A DNA stretch of 54,513 bases from a virus. Its lineage: Duplodnaviria; Caudoviricetes. The stretch lies in the IMG/VR virus record IMGVR_UViG_3300027741_000083, positions 1-54,513 of that record. One strand, written 5' to 3'. Made by a program: the position numbers and the translations under genes. Below the pieces are notes generated by a model. It saw only the letters and a list, made by a program, of their open reading frames with translations. It had not been told where the DNA came from and did not search any database. Shown one piece after another: positions 47,482 to 54,513 of this stretch (within the stretch, counting starts at the first letter, position 1; every line of letters begins with the position of its first letter).

Positions 47482-49108
47482 TTAATACTCTTTTCTTTGT
47501 GGAAGTTCTATCCCTAGTACATATGCAACATCTGCCGCATTCGCATTAACGTGTATATTGCATTTTGCGGTTACAGATGAGGAAACTATGGCATAACAGC
47601 TTTCAGTATTAAAATACCTTTCTAAAAAGTCAATTAAACCATAATAAGAATTTTGACCATAAGACCCGTTGCTTATTATTAAAAACTTATCTTCCTCTAT
47701 TTTTACTGAAAATTCAGGTAATGCTCTATCTAAGATTAAAAGATCATTCGTTTCAATAGAGAATTCTTTTTTTAAATTAGTTTTTAATTTTGATAAACTT
47801 ATTACATATGCGTCTACATATCTTCTCATTTTGCTCTCCTTAAATTTTTCCAAACCCTTTTAATATAACGTTATAAGCTGCTAAAACACCGACTTTAATA
47901 AAGTAAATATCTCTTTCTGTTTTTTCGTCTAAAAAATGAAGAGGAAGAGAATGTCCAGATTTTTTTATAGCCTCAGACAATATCCTATTAATATAAAGTA
48001 GTGCGCCGTCATCTAATTCTGGGTTACTTATTTTAGTAAAATAAATTCTATGAGGAAAATTAATATTTATAGCGTAATCTATATCTTTATCTTTATTTAA
48101 ATTGAACATTATTATCTCTTATTTATGCTGCTTTTAAACAAATATGCCTAAAAGATGAATTTTTTGCTTCTAACTTTTTTTTAATGATTTCGGGCATATC
48201 TATAATAGATTCAAGCAAAACCCTGCTATCACCAATTGCCATATAATCACAATTCAAAACAGGGTGTGGAATACCTTTTTTTTCATATTTATTAAATAAA
48301 GAAATAGCTGCTTGCTTATTATTATCAGGGAAGGCTACATCTCGATTATGCCAGCCTGGATAAATTTGATAAGGGCCAGGATCTAAAAGCTTAGTGACAT
48401 ATTCTTGAATTAAATATTGTTTACCAGACCATCTATCAACTTCTAGTAATCTTATTCTTGCACCGTGACTATATGTTTTTTTATTTTCCATTTTCGTTTT
48501 CTCTCTTTTCCGATTCAATCCCTTCACAAACCCCATTTATCATGTTTTTATCTGCCTGTTCTGTATTTCTTAATATTTCATCTATTGATTTATCAACAAG
48601 ATTGTAGATTGACTTCTCTATAGCTGTGATTTTTTTTTGAAAGTCTTTTATTTTTAAAGACATGTAATCGTTCCCAGTCTCTTTAAATGCAAAATTTAAA
48701 AAAAAAAGCTCTATTGATATTTTATCCAAGCTCTCCAAATGTATTTTTATTTCTGTTAATTCATTCATTTTATATCTCCATTAAATTGGTGGTCGTGGCT
48801 TGATTTGATACAAGCATGTGATGTAGCTTTCATGAGGGTTGCAACCTACTGTAGCCTCTGCGTCTTACCTTCCGCCACACGACCTTAAAACTATTTATAC
48901 TACATCAATTCGTAGCTAACTCTTCGTTTAAGGTAAATATTACTCCTTGTCTAAAAAAAAGTTTTAGATATTGAGTGTTTTCAAGAGGAACTAAAAGGCC
49001 TGAGCTAATTAATTCATTCAAATAATCATCAAAGGCTTTTTCAACTCTACCCTCAAAATTATTGACAACTTTCTCAGTATCACCTTTTGTTACTATATTC
49101 CCTTCCAT
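47482..49108 (-). other. Cluster of short hypothetical early genes (47482-47853, 47840-48109, 48123-48536, 48481-48768, 48905-49108)
   Basis: Tightly packed co-oriented ORFs, several with GGAG/GAGG RBS; no recognisable motifs. Confidence 0.55.
48787..48884 (-). tRNA. Non-canonical tRNA-like RNA with expanded anticodon arm
   Basis: Perfect GGTCGTG/CACGACC stem plus ACCA; D arm GCG/CGC; T arm GCTTG-TATCAAAT-CAAGC; GAGG/CCTC stem closes 17 nt. Confidence 0.65.
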
Positions 49109-49146
49109 TTTTATTATCCTCTATACATCAATTATAAATATATCTC

Positions 49147-49223
49147 TGGTGTGCCCAAAGGGACTCGAACCCCTGACCAACGGATTATGAGTCCGATGCT
49201 CTAACCAACTGAGCTATAGGCAC
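49147..49223 (-). tRNA. tRNA with CAT anticodon, probably tRNA-Ile2 (lysidine)
   Basis: Canonical 77-nt cloverleaf with CT-CAT-AA loop and encoded CCA; C4:G69 and C5:G68 favour Ile2 over Met; own promoter TTTACT-17 nt-TATACT. Confidence 0.9.
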
Positions 49224-49681
49224 AAATTAATTAAATTTAGTATACTTTACTTTAAATAAAAAGTAAAGCTTTATTTAAAAATAATTCTTAAAATCTTCTG
49301 TATGTTTCCATGCAGGCCTAGACTTCCTTTTTCGTAATACTTTATTTGATTTAGACTCATAAACTTTAATTACTAATCCGTCTTGTTCTTTAATGTAAAA
49401 CTTCTCTTCATTGTTTTTTTTATATTCTGCCATTTTTTTTATTTTTCTTTTTTATAGGGGGCAAATATTGCTTAAGCTTTATTTTTTATAAATTTATTTT
49501 TTCTCTCAATTCTATTCATCTTCAGAAAAATTATGATCACAATTTATTTGTTTTAATTGATCAATTTTTGGTATTTTTTCCATCGGTGAATGACCTAAGG
49601 GATTAGAGCATTTCTCTTTATTACATTGCATCAAATGCGTTTCTCTGCAAATATTTCTATACTTTATTTTTTCTTGTTCAT

Positions 49682-50050
49682 TCATATTTTTTTCTCTATG
49701 TAATCTATTAATAGTGAAATATTAATACTAGGTTCTTCTTTGTTTTTAGGATGTTTAGCAAAGATTTTTAATGTTGTTAATATCTCATCAGATGTTCTAA
49801 TCTTATTATTAGAAGTTTCGCTTGGATCAATTAAATATTCTTCTGGAACAGTAGTTAGATAATCCTCACTTTTAATAAAATAATGATAAAATTTTTTTTC
49901 GTCTATTAGACCAGAAAGAACGTTAACTACTTCCCATATTCTGTCTTTATCCCCATTTATAAATAACGATGAAGTAAATATCATATCTTTTATTTTTAAA
50001 AACTGCCCCTCTTTGAATTTATTCATCATTTCTTCTTGTTCGATCATCAC
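49682..50050 (-). CDS. Hypothetical protein
   Basis: KFKEGQ.. SH3-like N-terminus; ORF in the early operon. Confidence 0.55.
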   Translation of the reverse strand: MMIEQEEMMNKFKEGQFLKIKDMIFTSSLFINGDKDRIWEVVNVLSGLIDEKKFYHYFIKSEDYLTTVPEEYLIDPSETSNNKIRTSDEILTTLKIFAKHPKNKEEPSINISLLIDYIEKKI

Positions 50051-50193
50051 AATTCCCCCTGTAATATTTTAAAGCATTGTACTCTTTTATAACTACTAAG
50101 CAAGTATATTATAATATTTATACGCTTAATAATAAAGCTTTACTTTTTAAACGTTATAAATTAAAATAAATTTTCAATTAACAAAAAGGAGGT

Positions 50194-50466
50194 ATGATGG
50201 ATAATACAACAAAGTACAAAATAGAGGCGTTATCAAAATCACATGACTTTAGATATGCTAAATTAATTGAGGCAATCTCTGAAAAAAAATCACAAAAAAT
50301 AGATGATTTAAGCTCAATTAATCATATTAAACAAATATTATTTGATATTGAAGCGATCAGGATGGAAATAGATCAAATAACAAAACCAAAAAGTAAAAAT
50401 ATTTTTGTTGAATTAAAGGAAAAATTTATTAAACGGCTAGAGTTACAACAAAGTTTTTTTATATAA
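50194..50466 (+). CDS. Hypothetical protein (stand-alone moron)
   Basis: Own promoter (TTTACT 50139-17 nt-TAAAAT), AGGAGG RBS and terminator. Confidence 0.7.
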   Translation: MMDNTTKYKIEALSKSHDFRYAKLIEAISEKKSQKIDDLSSINHIKQILFDIEAIRMEIDQITKPKSKNIFVELKEKFIKRLELQQSFFI

Positions 50467-50477
50467 ATAATATTTTT

Positions 50478-50508
50478 GCCCAGCTTAATTTTAGCTGGGC
50501 GTTTTTTT
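50478..50508 (+). terminator. Rho-independent terminator
   Basis: GCCCAGCT/AGCTGGGC stem followed by a T-run. Confidence 0.8.
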
Positions 50509-50509
50509 A

Positions 50510-50914
50510 TTAAAATGGTATTTCATCATTAAAATCTTCGTTTCTAACGCTTTTTTCTTCGTAATTATTTTCTGATTTATATTCTTTTTTTTCACGATCC
50601 TGAGAAAGTTGCGGTAAAACTATTTCTGGATATAGTATTTTTTTTATTTCTCTTTGAACTCCATCATTATCTGTATATTTTTCAAAAGATATTGTTCCGC
50701 AAATTGTAAGACGCATACCTTTTTTAACGTATTTTTGAGCGATTTCAGCCGTTTTATCAAAACAGGCTACCACCCACCATGCTTGATCTGTTTTCTCTTT
50801 CTCTGATTTGCTCATAAGCGGTGCAACACTAAAACTAGCCCATAGCTTTCCGCTTTGAGTTGATCCGGTTTTAGGGTCTGCTCCGACATTTCCAACAATT
50901 GTTATTTTTTGCAT
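50510..50914 (-). CDS. ssb: Single-stranded DNA-binding protein
   Basis: IVGNVGADP, KKG, C-terminal DEIPF; likely ATG at 50914 with GAGGGAG RBS. Confidence 0.93.
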   Translation of the reverse strand: MQKITIVGNVGADPKTGSTQSGKLWASFSVAPLMSKSEKEKTDQAWWVVACFDKTAEIAQKYVKKGMRLTICGTISFEKYTDNDGVQREIKKILYPEIVLPQLSQDREKKEYKSENNYEEKSVRNEDFNDEIPF

Positions 50915-51069
50915 TTCTTCTCCCTCGTTAAATTTTAATTCTTGATTCATTTTTAAAGTTTCAATTATAACTATTCATTTATTTTTTTCTGCTTGTTCTT
51001 TAACCGATCTTTCATGACACCAAACACAATATGGTGGTTTTACACAACAATTCATTTTTTCTTCTCCTG

Positions 51070-51475
51070 TTAAATTTCTATTGGTTCTAAATTAAAAAAG
51101 TGCTTAAGTAATTTTTTTTTAAGCTTGTATACTGGAGTCATAGTAGCTTTCCCTCCTTTTACTTCCCAGAGCTCGTAAGAGTCATCTAGTTTTGTAATAC
51201 GAAAATCAATAATCATTTTAGGAGGCCTCTTACAATTAAGAGGAAATTTAAATATAACTTGCCTTTCTACCGCTTTTATTTCTTTATTTTTTAACTTATG
51301 TTCAGCTAAAATTGCCACTTTTGCTTCTTTTTTTGAATCATAAACTACCCCATTTACTGTAGTTTTTATTGCGTTATATTTATTTTTTTTTATTTTATTA
51401 GTTGATTTATAGTTATGATTCAAATTTACTAATCTTGGTTTTTTTTTATTTAATATTAACATTTTTATTATTTTT

Positions 51476-51492
<17 letters not shown>
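51070..51492 (-). CDS. DUF1064-family endonuclease
   Basis: NKYNA.KT.V.G..YDSKKEA, IDF, EVKG, YKLKKKL. Confidence 0.88.
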
Positions 51493-52663
<1,171 letters not shown>

Positions 52664-52666
52664 TGA

Positions 52667-52924
52667 TTACTCCTCCTTGTGTATTTCTATTTTACAATAG
52701 CAATTTTTTAATTGCTCTCTGCAATAAAAACAAATAGAGGCTATTATAGCCTCCATTGCTAGACTTTTATTATCAAAAAAAAATAGAGTACAATTATTTT
52801 TTTTACAAATATCATTTACTTCTAATTTTTCTTGATCCGTATTTATAAAATAAATTTTATTATAAAATTTATTTTGGTTCTTAATTTTAAAAAAAAATTT
52901 TTTAAGAAAAAATCTTTGTTTCAA
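52667..52924 (-). CDS. Hypothetical protein
   Basis: Fills the gap between the Cro-like and initiator genes. Confidence 0.45.
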   Translation of the reverse strand: MKQRFFLKKFFFKIKNQNKFYNKIYFINTDQEKLEVNDICKKNNCTLFFFDNKSLAMEAIIASICFYCREQLKNCYCKIEIHKEE

Positions 52925-52925
52925 T

Positions 52926-53162
52926 TTAATCTATGTCAGGACGGATTTTATTTGCTTTTATTTTCCCTTTTGAGTCTTTTTCCATCCATCTCGCCCTTCG
53001 TTTTGGCACTCCTCGCCTTGTTGTAAACCAGTGAGTAATTGCTGACTCATTTATTTTTAACTTTTTAGCTAGTTTATATTGACTACCGTAATAGTCAGTA
53101 ATTATTTTTCTAACTTTTTCCAAAAATAAAAGATCAAACTTTTTTTCTTCTTTTTCGATCAT
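52926..53162 (-). CDS. Cro/YdaS-like HTH regulator
   Basis: YGSQYKLAKKLKINESAITHW..VP..RA..E..SKGKI.A..IRPD. Confidence 0.85.
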   Translation of the reverse strand: MIEKEEKKFDLLFLEKVRKIITDYYGSQYKLAKKLKINESAITHWFTTRRGVPKRRARWMEKDSKGKIKANKIRPDID

Positions 53163-53194
53163 GTTTTTCTCTGTTTTATTGATAATAACTTAAA

Positions 53195-53300
53195 ATTATA
53201 TTTTAATTATTATACTAAGTAAAGCTTTATTTATAATAGTTTTATTTTAATATTTATTTTTAAAATAAAGCTTTACTTTTTATAAATATAAGATTACAAT
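53195..53300. promoter_or_regulatory. Divergent sigma70-like promoters with palindromic TAAAGCTTTA sites
   Basis: Minus: TTTACT (53218-23)-17 nt-TATAAT (53195-200). Plus: TTTACT (53272-77)-17 nt-TACAAT (53295-300). Palindromes at 53220 and 53266. Confidence 0.75.
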
Positions 53301-53329
53301 TCTTTTTTATAAAAAAAGAGGCTAAAAAA

Positions 53330-53533
53330 ATGTTAATTTTAACAAGGAAAAGAAATCAAAAAGTGCTATTAAAAAAAGGAGATCTTGAAATCGGTATTAT
53401 TGTATTGGGTGCGCAAGGAGGTCAAGTTAGACTTGGTTTTGAAGCAGGTCCCGATGTAAGAATAGACAGAGAAGAGATATCAATAAAAAGAAAAAAAGTT
53501 TTTCAAAAAGAACCTATAACTATAAATCATTAA
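53330..53533 (+). CDS. csrA: Carbon storage regulator CsrA/RsmA homolog
   Basis: MLILTRK..Q....GQVRLGFEA...V.I.REEI. Confidence 0.92.
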   Translation: MLILTRKRNQKVLLKKGDLEIGIIVLGAQGGQVRLGFEAGPDVRIDREEISIKRKKVFQKEPITINH

Positions 53534-53548
53534 TAAGGAGGAAATAAA

Positions 53549-54513
53549 ATGCAAGGAAAAAAGCAAAAGACAAACTGGTTAATAAATAAATACGATCCTG
53601 AAAAGGGAATTAATTTTAAAAAAGGAGAAAATGTCAAAGTTTTTGATATGTCAATTGAAGATTATCATAATGAGATTGGCTTATCATCTTCATCAATCAA
53701 AATAATCTTACAGAACCCCCAGAAATTTTATATAAAATATATTTTAAAAAAAGAAAAAAATAAGACAGAACGAAGCGAGGCACTTAAAATTGGAAGCGCT
53801 ACGCATGCTTATTTAACAGAAAGAGAAGAATTTAAAAAAAAATATTTTATACAGTTAGAATATCTTAATAAAAATACTAATAAATATAAAGCTTTAGCAC
53901 AGGAAGTAAAAAAATCAGGGAAAGAAATATTAGATAAAGATAAATTCTTTGATTTGATGGGAATGAAGAAATCATTATTTAATAGTGTTATTTATAATAA
54001 AGAGGATTTAGAATCTGCTGGATTAAATTCTGAAAAGCCTTTGAAAGGAGATTATGTATTTACCGATGGTTACGCTGAGAAATCGATTTTTTGGAAAGAT
54101 AAAGAAACAGGTTTAATTTTAAAATCAAGACCTGATTATTTTAAAATAGACGGTTTATTTAATTTTATTAATGATTTTAAAACTGTAGCAAGCGCAGAAG
54201 AGAACGATTTTGGTAGAGCAATATATTTGTATGGCTATTATATACAGGCAGCTATGGAATTAGATGCTGTTTTTCAGTTAACTGGGATAAATGGTAATTT
54301 TTTAAATTCAACCGTTGAAAAAGAATATCCTTATTGCGCCGCTTTTTATTCTTACAATGACGCTTTAATTGAAATGGGAAAAGAAAGTATAAAAAAAGCG
54401 TTATCTATTTTTTTGGAATGTAAAAAAAATAATGAGTGGACATCTTATCAAAAAAGTATGAAGGATATATCTATGCCATATTGGGCAGAAAATAAAGTAG
54501 GACAAATGGTAAC
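53549..54513 (+). CDS. RecE/exonuclease VIII-like PD-(D/E)xK nuclease (DUF3799-like); runs across the junction to TAA at 146-148
   Basis: AAGGAGG RBS; YH..LSSS.IK, GSATH, E.SIFW.D.ETG..K.RPD, DFKT, Y.IQAA motifs; absent from the ORF track because it spans the window end. Confidence 0.88.
   Translation, partial: MQGKKQKTNWLINKYDPEKGINFKKGENVKVFDMSIEDYHNEIGLSSSSIKIILQNPQKFYIKYILKKEKNKTERSEALKIGSATHAYLTEREEFKKKYFIQLEYLNKNTNKYKALAQEVKKSGKEILDKDKFFDLMGMKKSLFNSVIYNKEDLESAGLNSEKPLKGDYVFTDGYAEKSIFWKDKETGLILKSRPDYFKIDGLFNFINDFKTVASAEENDFGRAIYLYGYYIQAAMELDAVFQLTGINGNFLNSTVEKEYPYCAAFYSYNDALIEMGKESIKKALSIFLECKKNNEWTSYQKSMKDISMPYWAENKVGQMV
54379..54513. repeat. Terminal direct repeat, right copy
   Basis: Matches 1-135 with one mismatch. 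Confidence 0.95.

Overview
The window looks like a complete, circularly permuted, AT-rich tailed-phage genome of about 54.4 kb; the first and last 135 nt overlap. It carries a contractile-tail (myovirus) morphogenesis module on the minus strand with a DUF1073 portal, MuF, DUF2213 protease, DUF2184 capsid, DUF3383 sheath and baseplate J. It also has a lambdoid-style replication/recombination module, a csrA gene, a Dam-like methylase, a ParB-N/glycosyltransferase/TET-JBP DNA-modification operon, one canonical tRNA and three non-canonical tRNA-like RNAs. An IS1595 element with cargo splits a SNF2 helicase gene. No integrase or endolysin was recognised. The stand-out observation is a 315-aa intein in the MuF head protein (27817-28761, minus strand) with no endonuclease motif in its own frame. 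An HTH plus Vsr/DUF559-like endonuclease is instead encoded on the opposite strand, codon-for-codon, across almost the whole intein. All family assignments are from motif recognition by eye, not database searches.
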